Shown: positions 34,081 through 48,319 of the stretch, one piece after another
Layout of the letters: the number at the start of each line of letters is the position of its first letter
How positions within the stretch are numbered: position 1 is the first letter of the stretch
Source: Fistulifera solaris
Taxonomy: Eukaryota
Direction: 5' to 3'
DNA length: 64,000 bases
Assembly (NCBI GenBank): GCA_030295235.1
Contig: AP026128.1
Coordinates: forward strand, 372,001-436,000
The notes under the pieces: model-generated
Told to the model about the DNA's origin: nothing
The model's input: only the letters and a program-made list of their open reading frames with translations
Database searches by the model: none
Made by a program: the position numbers and the translations under genes

Positions 34081-35282
34081 TATAAAAGCTATGTATTGAT
34101 CTGTGTAGTAAAGTTTATTGTAGATTGTGGAGCACGAGGCACGAGGGACGTTCATTGCATTCGCCGCCATGCCGCCATGTCCAAGTTCCCATGTCCAGCC
34201 CGGATGTGGGATCGAGCTTGATTCACAAACACGACTCGTGAGAACTTTTCACGATTCGTCTCGAGAAACGAGAGACGAGAGGGACATGATGACGTTGGTG
34301 CTCGAATGTGCAGCAAGTCGGCCGATCCTTTCGGAAATCGTGTCAAATGCGCCGGATGTGCGTTGTCGGCCGGCAGAGCTCGCAGAAACCCGGGACTGAA
34401 ACGCGAGAAGGATTGCACAGAAAAGAGAAACTGAGACGGCGTTGGGCATCGGATACAAGTATCATCGCACGTCATATTTCGGTCTCTGTTCGCAATGATC
34501 TCGGAATATGTGTCGCAGTGAGCCTAGTTAGAGGGTCAATGTAGCAACTATTTCGTTCTTCGCGAATTGACGATGAGCATCTTTAATTTGTCAAACGACA
34601 GTTACCGCTCTAAGCCTTGTTTGTTGGCCTTTTTAGAATCGACTGCTTCTTTTGCGATGGGTCAGAAGAGAAAAGAATGAGTCGTGACCAGCGGATATCC
34701 GACGTATCATTCATGTCTCGTCAAAACATTATAAACGGATCCTTAACGATTAATATTGAGTTGGCTCATCATCCATCGCTTGTGATTCTATTGAAACAAA
34801 AGCATGCGCTTGGTCTCGAAGTAGCAAAAGGCGCATCATCAGTCAGGGACGAAAGCAGTGCTTTTGCCCGCCGCAACCTATAGAACCTAAACTAAGATCT
34901 TCTTCGAGTAGATTATTTAATCGACTACCTGGAAATTGTCATGTTTCATAACATCGACAAAGTTCGTCCGCGTTTATTTATTTTCTTGTTTTTCGTCTTT
35001 TGCATCGCAGTGTCGTCCGCGCGTGGTCCGTGGCACGAATGTCATGCGGTACTGGTACCGGTACTGGTAGGACATTATGACGGTCAAGGTGCGGACGAGG
35101 AGAGTTCAACGTGGACCCGCCGCACAACGCACGATGGCACACATCAAATTCATGCCAAGCGGCTGCTGATTGTTCGTCTAGCTAGTCAATCGTCTTGTAT
35201 CAAGCTTGCCTTCATTTCGTATTGCATTGCGTATCACTTTGATAGTGCGGATTGATAGACGCATCATAAGTGTGAGCCGACA

Positions 35283-37365
35283 ATGCCGGCGCAACTTGTA
35301 CCCTTCTACCTCATGCCCATCGCGGCTCTGCTGGGTCTTTATGCTTTGACGGCCGGGTTCAAGGTCGTTCATTTAATGTACGCCAACGCCACGAAGCAAC
35401 AACCCCAACGCAAAGTATCGGCCCGCGAACGTCTTTTGCAGCAACAACATAAAGGAACGGTAGTACCGCTTCAATCCCGAGAATTCGCCCTTCTGTTTCT
35501 GTCGTTTTTGTTGAGTCTCATTGCGTACGCCTTTGTCGTGGCGCGCGTTGAAGCGGGCTTTTGAAAGCCGAACGGGCACTCTTTGATCCGTATGCGCTCT
35601 TGGGTTTGAATTCCAACGAAATGTATAATGCTACGACCATTGTGGAGGTATTCAAGAATGTTGTCAAGCAGCAAAGTGGAGCTACGGAATCTGCCATGGA
35701 AGACATCAAATTCGCTTACCAAGCACTTGCGGATGAACGAGGGATGCTCAATTATAAAAAGTACGGACATCCTCTGGGGGCGTTGGAAGTCGACGCCTTC
35801 AATATGAAGATTCCGTCGTGGTTGCTCGTTCCTGCGGGTCCGTATCGTGCGGGTGTCTACGTGCTGTACGGCCTTTCGGTGCTGTTTTGGTTGAGTGCGG
35901 TTGTTCAAGCATATCGTCGGTATCAATTGGAGAAGCAATTACAGGCTGAATCCGCACGGACCAAGAGTGATGAAGAAAAGGCCAAAGCCGCGGGTGCCAT
36001 GTTGGATGACTCGAATTCGGTATCGCAGGGGGATTTAGCTTTCATGATGAATCAGTTGAAGCCCACCAGCGATTACCACGATATTCTGTTTGGCATATGC
36101 GCTGCGCCGGACACTATAGCGTGGGGATTGCGGCAGTTGGAGAAGGTGGAAGAGATTAAGAAGGAGAGAAAAGAGAAAGAAGCAGCGAAACGCGACGAAG
36201 GTACAGTGAAAACGAAGGATGACGTCGATCTGGGAGCGCTCTTGGATGAAGGCGGCTGGGATGATGAGGGTACTGATGAAGGTTCCAAGTCTCTGGAAGA
36301 GCGTAAAACGGAGTTGAAAGCGGTGACTGGACAAGCGGTCCAGCTGTTAGAAGGAGTTGACGATGGTGTATTAGGACAAACGTGGGTGGAGAATGCTCTA
36401 GCCAAAGTGAACCAGTGGCCTCCTTCAGCTGTTGCCGTCCTCAAAAACGTTTCTTTTGAGTACAAGGGAGAAATTGTGAAAGACTTTCTGGATCATCCTG
36501 GCTTACGAAGAGTTCTTTGCATGACGATGGGACGGCTTAACTCACATTTGCTTAACGGCCACCCACAGCTCTTGGCGGCTGGTGCGAATAAGCTGATTGA
36601 CCAGACATACTTCAAAGGATCAATGGAATTTCGTCAGCGAGCAGGACTTTTGCTGGAAGGGACTTTAAGGCTTTCTATGATGCTTCGTAGCTACCGTTTA
36701 GTTCATATGGTGCTTAAGACTGTGGCCCTTTTTAGAATAGGCTGCCATGACACTCCCGAAGCACTGAAGCTTTTCGAAACGATGATGCAGCGACAAAACA
36801 ATTGCTTGCCACGTTTGGAAGTGCATTCAAAGGCAATCACCAGCGTTGGTCATAGCGAAATTGCAACGGGGGATAAATGTGAGCTCGAAGTGGACATGGA
36901 ACGTCTTCACGCCGAAAACTTTTTGAAAGCCAAGGTGGCTATTTGTCAACAGCAGGGCATTCCTCCGCAAGTAGCGCTGCAGGCTTACCGTGAAGGATGG
37001 TGGCTGCTTTTGCGCTGCAAGAGATTGGATGGACCAACGCCGGCGCAGCCTTTGAGCGTCGACATCTTACGAAACTTGAAAATTGATGATTCACAGATTG
37101 AACTCTTTCAAAAGAAGATCCTGAGTATCACTTACTAAGCGCTATTCCTGTCATTGTTTCGAATGTTGCGCAGCAACGTGGAAAGTTCCAGGTCAAATTT
37201 ACGGCTCCTCTGGAAGCTGGTAAATACCGCTTTTTCTTGACAATCAAAAGTCAGGACTTTTTGGGGGCTGATCAGGAAATTGAACTGACTGAGACTGTTG
37301 TGGCTGCTTCAAGTGTTGGACGAGAAGCTGCTTCCGAATCAGATGAACCCAAAAAAGAGAAATAG
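35283..37365 (+). CDS. Sec63-like ER membrane protein with degenerate J domain
   Basis: Two N-terminal TM helices, FDPYALLGL...AYQALADE...NYKKYGHP.G...IPSWLL, third TM helix, C-terminal EGWWLL...GKYRFFLTIKSQDFLGADQEIEL. Frameshifts at ~35560 and ~37110. Confidence 0.75.
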
Positions 37366-37511
37366 AAGACATTTCTTTGTCGTTTTCGACCACTATAATC
37401 TGTACTTCACAATAGCTTATGATGATGTGTAAATCCACAAAATGACTTGTTTATTGATGCAGAACGCATAAGTCTATTTAGATGTTTACTGGCAAAAAAT
37501 TGGGCCCCAAT

Positions 37512-39747
37512 TTACTTCTTTGCCTTGCCTTTCTTCGCCGCATCAGGATTCTTGGCCATGCGGAACGTAGACGGCGTCACTTCAAGAATCTCGTCAGCTG
37601 CCAGGTACTCGACACATGCATCAAGCGACATCTCAATTGGAGCAACTATACCAGTAGCGATTCCCTTGTTGGCGGATCGCATGTTGGTCAAAGCCTTGGT
37701 CTTGGCCACGTTTACTTCCAAATCACCTGGTCGTTGATGAATACCAATAATCATACCTTTGTAGATTTCGTCTTGCGGTTTGATGAACATTTTACCACGA
37801 TCCTGTGCTCCTTCAATACCGAAGGTAGTTGCTACTCCATCAGCAAACGCCAACAGTGAGCCTTTATCACGACCTTGAATTTCTCCGGGGATGCGTTCTC
37901 GGTAGGAATCAAAAACACTGTCGATAATTGCAGTTCCTCGGGTTGCAGTAAGTAAAGCGGACTTCAAACCCAACATACCACGAGTTGGGACAAGGTACTT
38001 GACAACGCTTAATCCTTCGCCCTCTTCAACTCCCATATCTTGGAGTTCTCCTTTGCGCATGTTGAGAAGATCCACAACACTTCCGACGTAGTCCGAAGGA
38101 ACTCTGACTTCAACACTTTCCCAAGGCTCCTCCGTTTTCCCAGTCTCCTCGTTGACTTTCAGAATAACAGTTGGCGGACCCACTTCGAGCTCGAATCCTT
38201 CACGTCTCATGGTCTCGATCAAAACAGTCAAATGAAGTTGACCACGTCCAGACACTTCATATCGATCAGCAGAGTCAGTTTCCTCAACTCTCAAAGCAAC
38301 ATTGCGGTCAAGTTCCTTGAAGAGACGATCGCGGATCATGCGACTGGTCAAGAATTTTCCCTCTCTTCCAGCCAAAGGGGACTTGTTCACACCAATCGTC
38401 ATGCGGACTGTAGGTTGTTCAACGGCAATAGGCGGCAGAGGACCAGCCGCATTGGCCCCACCCTCCTCATTTGTGACAAGAGTGTCTCCGATTTCAACGT
38501 CGGGAAGACCAGCAAACATCTACGAGACGCGACAGTTAGCAAATCAAAACTTCACATTCGGACGAACACACATTGATGGACTTACGATAATTTCGCCGGC
38601 CTTGGCTTCATCAACTTCACGCTTTCCAAGGTTGTCGAAAACGAAAAGGTTGGAAATTCGACCAGTTTTCTTATCCTTGTTCGGTGAACAAGGGCAACAG
38701 GTTGCCCATTTCGGATGACACCGTTGGTGATTCGTGCAATACCGAGCTTTCCCTTGAATTGATCAAAGTCAATGTTGCTCACCAAGCACTGCAAGTCGTT
38801 AGGTTTCTCGCTGTCCACTGATGGAGGAGGGATGTCCTCCAAAATGGCATCAAGTAGAGGGCTCATGTCCTCTTCCAGTTTGTCGGGCGTGAAACCTGCT
38901 TTTCCTTGGAGACCCGACGCATACACAGTGCGGAAATCCGTTTGCTCATCGCTGGCACCCAAGTCAACAAAGAGGTCAAAGACAGTATCGAGTACATAAT
39001 CCGGACGAGCTGTCGGCCGATCAATCTTATTCACGACAACGAGCGCTCGAAGTCCTTTCTGCAGAGCTTTGTCGAGCACAAATCGAGTCTGAGGTTTGGG
39101 GCCGTCGACACTGTCGACCAACAAAAGAACACCATCGGCCATGTTCAATACACGCTCCACCTCACCACCAAAGTCCGCGTGACCTGAAGAAACGTTATTC
39201 ACAGATGAGTATCACGTTAAAAGTGCACATCATAAAGGGCGGCCAAGAGGAGTCCGAGCGTCTTCGTCGACGTACCTGGTGTATCCAAAATATTGAATTT
39301 CGTGTCTTTGTACATAACCGCCAAGTTTTTCGCCAAAATGGTGATACCGCGCTCTCGCTCTTGGTCTTCGCTGTCCATCACGCGGTCGCCAGCTTCTTTC
39401 TGCTGCGCTTCATCGCGAAAAACTCCACTCTGACGAATCAAGGCATCGACAAGTGTTGTCTTTCCGTGGTCAACCTGAAATACAAACGGAAATGAGAATG
39501 GCGAATAAAGTTAGGCAGAAAACAGCAACAAGCAGGAACGTACGTGAGCAATTACAGCGATGTTTCGAATCGCAGTGTTCTGTGTTTGGGTCGAATCTGT
39601 CGAGGTAGCGACGTCGTCGACCACTGCCGATGAACGGCACGACGATTGTTGTGCCCAGCAAACGCCAAAGGCAGGACGCTGCGTGGGGGTAAATGCAGCC
39701 GAAAGACTGGCTAACGAGAGTAGAGATAGTAACCGAAAGAATTGCAT
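37512..39747 (-). CDS. typA: Plastid-targeted translational GTPase TypA/BipA
   Basis: Presequence [89 protein letters not shown]. Three introns and one frameshift at ~38680. Confidence 0.96.
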
Positions 39748-40177
39748 GGTATTTGTTACTTTCCCCTTTTTGTGTCTTTCGCGCCCACGAAGAACAAAAT
39801 GAAGTCAGAGGGCGAACTTTTAGAATCGAATGGCGAGCCAGTGCAAAAAGTATGTTTTGAAATGAATCAGTCGTCGAATCTGTACCGTACGAAGTACAGG
39901 CGGTACTTGAAATTCTATAGTCGACTTTTGTTGTTTTTCGTTGGAAGTACGTGGAGCTTTTGTGTGGACCTGACAAGCTAAAAAATGTGACGTTTGCCAA
40001 AGACACAACGGCAGGAAAAATGATGCGCATTACCAGTACGATTTCTGTAGAGGATACCTTCTTGTGAGTCCCGTCTTGCCCTAACACGATTTCAAGTGAG
40101 GTTTACCGTAAACGCCGCCTGCGCTCAAGGTTCGTAACTCAATATTTAACGTCTCGTATTATTACTTCGGTCAATCG

Positions 40178-41624
40178 TTAGTTTTTCTTGCCTCCTTTTT
40201 CACCCTTGCTTAGTTCCGGTGGTCCTCTCACGAAAGGCAAAAGTCCTTGCCGCCCATGTAAGGTCGCAAGACTTCCGGCACGATCACCCCCTCCTCGGTT
40301 TGGTAGTTCTCAAGAATACAGCAAATACCGCGTCCAGTAGCACAAAGCGTCGCGTTGAGCATGTGGCAGTAACTAAGACGTGCCGTCAAATCGCCCTTCT
40401 CTCCTTTCTCGCCACGGCAACGCGTTCCGACACCACGCGCTTGATAGTCCGTGCAGTTGCTGCACGAGACCAACTCGCGGTACGTGTTTTGGCCCGGAAA
40501 CCATCCTTCCAAATCGTACTTTTTCGTGGCCGCGTCATTGAGTTCCGAGCTGACCAGACAGACCACGCGATAACCGATGCCGAGCGAGTCGTAAAAGTCC
40601 GTGGCACATTTGAGCATGCGCTTCTGTTCCGCTTGCGACAACTCGAAATCGTCCGCGGTCAAGCAGAACTGCTCAATCTTCTCAAACTGGTGAACACGGA
40701 AAATACCTCGAATATCTTTGCCGCTCGATCCTGCTTCTTTACGGAAGCAGGTCGAGATACCACAGTATCGGAGGGGCAACTCCTTGGGCGAGAGCCAGTC
40801 ATCCTTGTGGTAGGCGCAGAGAGGCTGCTCACTGGTAGCAATCAAGTACTTTTCCGAACTACCATCAGGGTCATCGGTTTTTCCCGAAACTTTATACAGC
40901 TGCTCATCAAAATCATCCAATTGCGCAATGCTGGACATGACTTCCTTCTTCATGAAAAAGGAGGCTGCACGACATTGTAACCTCGTTCTTGCAAGAACGC
41001 AATACTGTAATTGATAATGGCTTGATTGAGTAGAACACCAGCATTGGTGAGAAAGTAAGCACGGTGTCCACCCACTTCGACACCTCGCGTGGGTTCGTAT
41101 CCCCCAATGCGCCAGAGAAGTTCATCGTGCGTCATGGGCTTACTTTCGGGCATGGTGTAGTGCAACTTTCCGGCCGCACAAGGAAGTAACCCCGGGTTCG
41201 TCGCCATTTCCGGTGGTTCGGGCTGGAGAGCAATCACCAAATTATCTTCTTCTTCGTTGTTACTGATCGGGACTTCCGGGTCGACCATATTTCCGATACC
41301 ATTCAAGAGAGCATCACGTTTCTCGGCAATGATGGGGAGCTGATCTTCCATATCTTTGATGTTCTGTTTCATCTCCGCAAGTTTCTGAACTTCAGCGTCG
41401 CAGTTTTCCTTAGCCTTCTTTTTGGGTGTAATCACATCTTTCTGGTATTTGTTAACTTCTTTGCGTGTTTCATCGATAGTTCCTCGCAGATCACGCCATT
41501 CGGCATCGAGCTCTAGGACCTTGTCGACGATGGAGGGATCTTTATAGCGCTGCTCCATGTACGTCTTCCATTTGGCGGGGTCGCCGCCCTTGTAATCGCG
41601 AAGCTCGTTAATATCAATAGGCAT
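40178..41624 (-). CDS. SARS: Cytosolic-type seryl-tRNA synthetase
   Basis: MPIDINELR, YLIATSEQPL, CFRKEAGSSGKDIRGIFRVHQFEKIEQF, ELVSCSNCTDYQAR, HMLNATLCATGRGICCILENYQ. Frameshifts in A-runs at ~40957 and ~40241. Confidence 0.96.
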
Positions 41625-41948
41625 GGTGAACAAGAATGAAAAGAATGATACGGATAGATAAAAGAAGTTAAGAGTATCAAGCAACGGAACCCTTTGCTTT
41701 GTGGCGTATTTTTTGACGGTTTTCTCGCCGGTCATTCTGACCTTTTGACGGTTGACGGACGGCTACAAAGACGATGTCTGTCCGCTGACAGACGTCTATA
41801 AGTGCACGCGACGCGATGAACGTCGTTATAGGGTCAAATTGCCATGAATATCATTATCTACCCATTAATGAAGCTTTCACCAGATAATATTTGTGCGGGT
41901 TTTCGACGAGGGAACATAGGATTGACGAAGGCTACATTGTTTTAAATG

Positions 41949-42596
41949 CCTACGTCAGTGTCACGTAGCTCTCGTAGGGAAATTTATCGACAGAGGGGGA
42001 ACCCGGATATTGTATTATTTCGATCACACCCGTTTTCGGGTCAAAGCCGCACCGATGTTATTTTTCGCTTTCTTCTGCGTGAAACGAAGCTGTAATCGAC
42101 ATCAAAGTGAATCCAATACGAAAAAAGCAAGGAAGATGCAAAGCTTCGAATGTCTACGTGGTTTCACGTAGCTCTCGTAGGGAAATTTATCGACAGAGGG
42201 GGCACCCGGATATTGTATTATTTCGATCACACCCGTTTTCGGGTCAAAACCGCACAAATGTAATTTTCGGTTTCTCCTGCATAAACAATCCGTGCATATA
42301 AACTATAAGCGACATCAAAGTGACTTCAATACGTAAAAAGCATGAAAGATGCAACGCTTCGAATCTCTACGTGGTTTCACGTAGCTCTCGTAGGAAATTT
42401 ATCGACAGAGGGATACCCGGATATTGCATTGTCTTGATCGCACCAATTTTTCGGGTCAAAACCGCACCAATGTAATTTTCGCTTCCTCCTAGATGGATAA
42501 TGCCTGCCAAGAAACTATAATCGACATCAAGGTGACTTCAATACGTGAAAAGCATGAAAGATGCAACGCTTTGAACGCCTACGTGATTTCACGTAG
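41949..42596. repeat. Tandem repeat, three units of ~203-213 bp plus start of a fourth
   Basis: Core TCACGTAGCTCTCGTAGGGAAATTTATCGACAGAGGG..ACCCGGATATTG at 41961, 42164, 42377; partial CTACGTGATTTCACGTAG at ~42579-42596. Confidence 0.95.
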
Positions 42597-42806
42597 CGCG
42601 GTCACATCATTATTACCAGGTAGTGATTATGCGACATTACGCGACTATAAAAAAAAAGACGCACACACAGGCGGAGAAATGCAATGCAAAAAGAGCAACC
42701 GCCATTTTCAACTTTGGGTGACTTCATTGTCCATAATATCATTATCGATAGAACTCACAACCTCTTAGATCAATCAAAAAGTCACGAAAGATTTCTTTGG
42801 CAGGCG

Positions 42807-45800
42807 ATGAATTTTGTGCAGCAGCTGGAAGAATGTCTCCGCGACTTGGCGGCCGAGGCGCGCAAGAATCATCCGGGGGTCAAAGAAGCCAGTGAACGCG
42901 CTACTCTTAAACTGCGAACGTTGAAAAACTCCTATGTCTCTGCCGTTCGACAAGCGACGTCCTCTGGCAAAGAACATCCGACGACAAAATTGTTTCAGTC
43001 CTCGGACTTACTGCATCCGTTTCTCCTCGCCGCCAACTATCCGTACGCCTCCAACACTTTGTTGGATATTTCCTTTCGGGCCATGAAGCTGTTAATGGAA
43101 GCAGATGCTGTCGTTCCCTCCGATGGCTTAAATATGATCCGCGTGTGGACGATACAAGCACATGTTGTTACAGCGTACTATCAAAAGCATTTCGCGAAAG
43201 AGTTAAAATCCATGCAATCGGATGAGAAATTAGTGGGAGAAGAGACTTCGGTACCGACTGCGCCACCTGTCGCTACTACAACTTCTTCCAGCTGGTTCAG
43301 TTGGGGTTCGAGCACCGCATCGGCTACAAGTGTTGCGGATAACTCGTTGTCTGCGTCAACTTCTTTGAATGAGTCGTCTTCCAGTAAACTATCCGTCAAA
43401 AATGCAGTCAGCAGTTCCAGCGGTCAAACAGGACAAGGGTCGCTTTCTCCCACAGCTATGGATAAGGTTGCTTTGGAAATTTTATCATGTTTGTTGCAGC
43501 TGGTAGAACGGCTAAAGGGATATCCGGAAAGTCTTACCCCGGAGGTTTGGACGAATGCCATGTCGTTGGCCTGCCTTTGGCTCTACAATACGCCCAATCG
43601 CCACAAGGTGCAACAAGCTGCCCAATCTACAACCGTACAAATTCTTGAGCTTTTATATCAGGTGAACAGTCATGACAGCAAACTGATTACAAACACTTGG
43701 CATGATCTCTTGACTTTGGCCATGTCTTCGCCAAAGACATTGTCGCTGACGGGTGCTTTTTTGCTGTGTCGACGTAGTCCGGGGACGACGGTGGCGAATC
43801 CGCCGTCGCCGGAATTTGCGCTAGAGCTCATGACTCAAGTGTGGAAAGACGGGAAGTTTCTACCGAATGACGCGTTGTTGATGAAAACGTTTAGTTTGAC
43901 AATGGGCTTGCTGGAGCAGATTTCGAAGCTTAGCGTAGAGCGAACGCTACGTGCTTTGCAGTGGAGTTCCATACTTTTTCAAAGGGAATCCGCGCTATTT
44001 CCAAACGAGTGTCGCGAAATTTTTGCACGCATTATCAAGCCTATAGTAACAGCTACGGATGCTTGTCGAAGCCACCATGACTTTGAAGATGGCTATGTGT
44101 ACACGTCGAAAGAAGCCTCGCTGGAAGAGACTTCGGACTCCACGCTAACAGATAGAGGTTTGAAACGGCGGAGTGAAAGCCTTTCATGTTTCTTTCCGAA
44201 ACCCATACTGTGGAAAGCGAGCTTTTCGTTGGAAGTCATTTATACTGCGCTAGACATAGAAAGCAATGCGGCTGGCGTTCTTTTCGACGATGCCAGGCTC
44301 GTAGCTCAAATCGCCGAAGCCCTGAGTCATTTTGCGACAATTGGAGCGAGCTGTCGAGACCACATTCTACAAATTGTGGACTTCTGCAATTTCCAGCATG
44401 CTACAAATCATAAACCAGCGTCAATGAGAAAGGCCGAGATAGCTATTTTATCAGGTGATATATCTGTATTCTCCGCGACTTCTCAGAAAGCAAGTGAAAA
44501 GGGTAATGGCAACCATTCTTCAGTTCTCGGTGAATGCATTTATTTCTCGTTGCAGTCAATGCTTCGGATAGCATATTGTCTCCGGGACATGAGAAACTCT
44601 GTGAATATCTTAGAAGATTCGTTTGCTCCTTTCCTCGCTATACTGCAACACTTCATGAAACGCTTCACAGGTTCGCCGTCCCTTGTTAGTATGGCTCTCG
44701 ATGGTTACACATTCCTCTCCGATGTCTGTCTTCCGCTGGAAAACAATTTAATGCAGAGAAAAGCGCTGCTCACATCAGTTTCGAAACTCTCGCTGCCCTC
44801 GTGGGGAAAACACGACCCTTCGACTCGCGTAAGTCATTTTTCCAGCACTTTACGTCAAGAATGAATGCTTTCGCTTGATCATCTCATTCGTTTTATTTTT
44901 CAGCTTGATGCGCATCACATTCGTGCCATCATTTGTTTACTGAAGATTGTGCACCAGCATTATGATATCATTCTATCAGATTGGGATTTAATTTTATGGA
45001 CTTTTGAGGAATTGTCGATTATCCCCATTGCATCTCCCTTGCTTTGTGATGAGGATTATCACGCGGCTCTTTCAATAGCTGCTGTTTACGAGCGACTTGC
45101 ACCTTTTTCCACCTGTTTCGGTGACATTAGCGTAGTGAAGATGGTCGAAACGTTGGCTGATATTTGCGAAACGTCAATGCGAGACAGAGACATAGTTGGT
45201 GATTCCGAAACTGTACTTCCTGAGATTTATTACTCAGCTGAGAGCCAAGACAAAGCTGTGGACGGCCGGGGAGAAACTATTGGAGGAAAGATTATGAGCA
45301 TGGGGGTGAAGGCCTTATACGGTTCTTCCGGCGATGAGAATGGGAAGGCGGACGGCCAAACACCCATCGCCAGCATAAGAACGAAGAACGTCTTCTATGA
45401 AGAGTATAGACAGTTTTTCATCCAGCGGCTCACTTCCTCGAAACACACTGTTCGAGTTAATTCTCTTGGTAGAGTCCCGTTTGTATTGATGCTACTAGCT
45501 GACGTAGCCATAGCAAACTCTTTTCGGTCAAAAGAATGTCAGGAAGTATTTTCAAGTCAACTTTCAAAGCTTGCTGCCTCCACTCCTGCAGTTCGACCGT
45601 TTGTTATGGATGTAATGACATTGTTAATCATGACACGGCTTTCCGACGATAAAACTTTCCCAGCTAGGAACCTGGGTCCTGGAAAAGTGTTATTTCGGGA
45701 TCCTATGTTAAGCCAACTTTTGGCTAGTGAACGAAAAGAAACGAATCCGACTATTCGCCATGAAATTGCGCATGTCGACATTCTGGCACCTCTGTGCGAG

Positions 45801-48319
45801 ACCATTAGATCATCAGAAAGAGCAGATGTAACCGAGTCAGCATTAGGTATACTAAGCATGATTTTGCAAGGTGCCGGGCATCTATTACAGCCGATGGCTT
45901 GGTCATTGGTGCTCGTTACAATAACATCCGTCTCAGGTGATCCTTCGCTCTCAAAAAGCAGGTCGTCTTCACCATGGACAACTTGCTGCCAAATGGGCTT
46001 TCGCTGTTTTAAATTGATCATTGATGACTTTCTCGAAGAGGTCCCACAAATCGAAAATGGCAGTCAAAGTAACAGAGAGAACGTTCTGGACTGCTGCTTA
46101 TCTTTTGTCAAGTCGCGGCATGATGTAAACACGTCATTAACTGCGATTGGTCTCTTGTGGACAGTTGCCGACCAGGACTCAAACGCGGATTCAATGGACC
46201 TTGCTTTACGAAAGCTTGTTCTGTTGGCATCAGATGATCGTGTTGAAGTGAGGAATGCCGCCGTCAACACTTTGTTCTCGTGTATTGTAGGCAAAGGCAG
46301 CTCCTTCAATTCAGAAAGGTGGCGATCGTGTTTTAATGAAGCTATTTGCGGCGTATACGAAGTCGTGGCATCTCACTTTCGTTCTCAGACATCAGGAGAG
46401 GCTGCACAAGTGACATCGTCAAAGCAATCGAGATACAGAGTTGTTTTGCATGCTTCCAGGGATTCTGCGAGTAAGCAATGGATAGCAACCCAAGTTTTAG
46501 TCCTTAGAGGCCTGATCCGTGTCCTTCGTTCCTTCTTTAAAGAGCTACTCGATACGACCGACATAGGAGCTGGTGAGGAGAAGTCAACTCCATGGTTCCA
46601 AGAAACTTGGGTCCGCGTCCTTGATTTCGCATGGGAGGCGGTGACCCAAGAAGGGGATCGAGAAAGCCTTGATATTCGAGCTGTCGGGATTGAGCTACTA
46701 GGTACCGCGACACAGCTTACAAGTTCGGCAGGTATCCAAGCTGCTGCCACTCCTGCACGAGTAGGAACCAATATGGAAGTTGTAAATGGAGCACTACGAA
46801 GTGTAAGAGAATCCACGTCTAAAACAGCGATACAACGCGCTCACTCGATGGCTACTAATGTGATCCGGCAGAAACTATTTCTGGAAGCATTTGAAAGTTT
46901 AGAATCCTTTCAAGAGGTTATAAGCTGTAACGCTGAAAGGGCAGATTTCCCTTCGGACGTTGATTTGCAGGTTCTTCATCGATTCGCTTCGTCTCTTACA
47001 AAAGTGTATGATTGTTGCAAAACTGAAGAGTTGAAATGTGATTCTTCCTTGGAGACCCTCCTTACTTTGAATATAGAAAGCGGAGAAGAGGGGGCTTTGG
47101 AGAGACGTTTTGTTGGTTTGGTGACAAGCGTCTTACTTGCCTCCTCAAAAACAAGCCAAGCGAAGTACCTTAACCAGTCCCAAAGATGTTGTATGGATTT
47201 ACTTCGCGTGATGGCAGCTCAGGGTTCCCGCAGATCTTTTGAAGCTTTAATCACAGTTGCAAGCGGCTCTTTCTTTGTGCGGAAAGACCAAGACGGCGAC
47301 GGAAACGAGTCAGAGAAAGATGCCGAGCCTACAAAAGTTTTTAGTGTTTTGTGTCATGAAGCGGCTGTAATAGTTTCAGAAGAAATCGGGAAAGAGTCTA
47401 TTCCAGTTGAATCTAGGGTCTGGGTTCTCGAACTTGTGTTGGCTGAATTCAACGATGAATTCGGCTCTGGCGACGTGGTTTGGAAAAGAGATATTTCAAG
47501 TATTTTATTCCCATTTTACGCTGTGGCTTGTCCAGCACAGCCCACTTGAGTCACGAGAATGCAAATGATATAAAGACTCGTGTTTGGGAAAAATTGGCAA
47601 ATTTCCTTATGAAAGCTCTGACGGTTGTGGAGCTTGGACACAACACGACAAAGATCCCTCGAGTAAATGAAATTATCGAAATCATTGAGGTCTCAACAGT
47701 TCACACTCCGTCTGGAAGTTCAAAAGCACTGAATGAAGCGCTTGGACTTGGCCTCATTAATTCCTTTGCCACCGCCAAGCGCCACGCTGTATTAGCCGCT
47801 GAGCGAAGTAATTCCGATTTTGGACGCAGATCTGGTCGTCATCGCGATGAGCTTCTGGTTTTATTCAAACTTGTTTTGGAGCACTTGTGTAGACTGGACT
47901 ATGACAATTCCACGATACGGAATATTTCTTTCGAGGCTCTCTCGGGGGCGCTTTCAGCGAAACAAGATAATCCAGAAAGGGACGTGTTTATAGCAGCTTC
48001 GCAATATGTGTGCGAAAGCTTGCAGAAATATGAAAATATGCAAATGGTAGCAGTCTCATTGTTTCCCATTTTGAGTCAGTTTGTGGGGTCCGATGTCGTC
48101 GAGCTTAAAGAAGCAGCCCTCTCTCTTCTGACGGCTGTTGACGTTTCCGATCTTCTAGAGCGCGCAAAAACGCGCTACACTCTTGCCGAACACCGCGCCG
48201 ACGAAGCCGAGAAAAAGGTTGACCAATTGAAGTCTACCGTCAAGGATCTTACGAAGGCTAACGAAAAGCTGCGTCAAGAAGTCGCTATTCTCGAAGCAAG
48301 TACGGCGCTTCACGCCTGA
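42807..48319 (+). CDS. MON2: MON2-like Arf-GEF-related trafficking scaffold
   Basis: N-terminal DCB-like LRDLAAEARKNHPGVKEASERATLKLR...LLHPFLLA; C-terminal GFRCFKLIIDDFL, DVNTSLTAIGLLWTVAD, DDRVEVRNAAVNTLF. Intron ~44829-44903; frameshift at ~47483. Confidence 0.85.

Noticed and set aside
17786..41624. Pseudogenes or programmed frameshifting in SMC3, TypA, SerRS and others
   Set aside because: Indels sit in homopolymers of all four bases with no shared slippery motif or nonsense decay; sequencing error is more parsimonious.
41949..42596. 5S rRNA, tRNA or snRNA tandem array
   Set aside because: No recognisable 5S, tRNA cloverleaf or snRNA consensus; units diverge outside the core. An Rfam search would be needed to exclude it fully.
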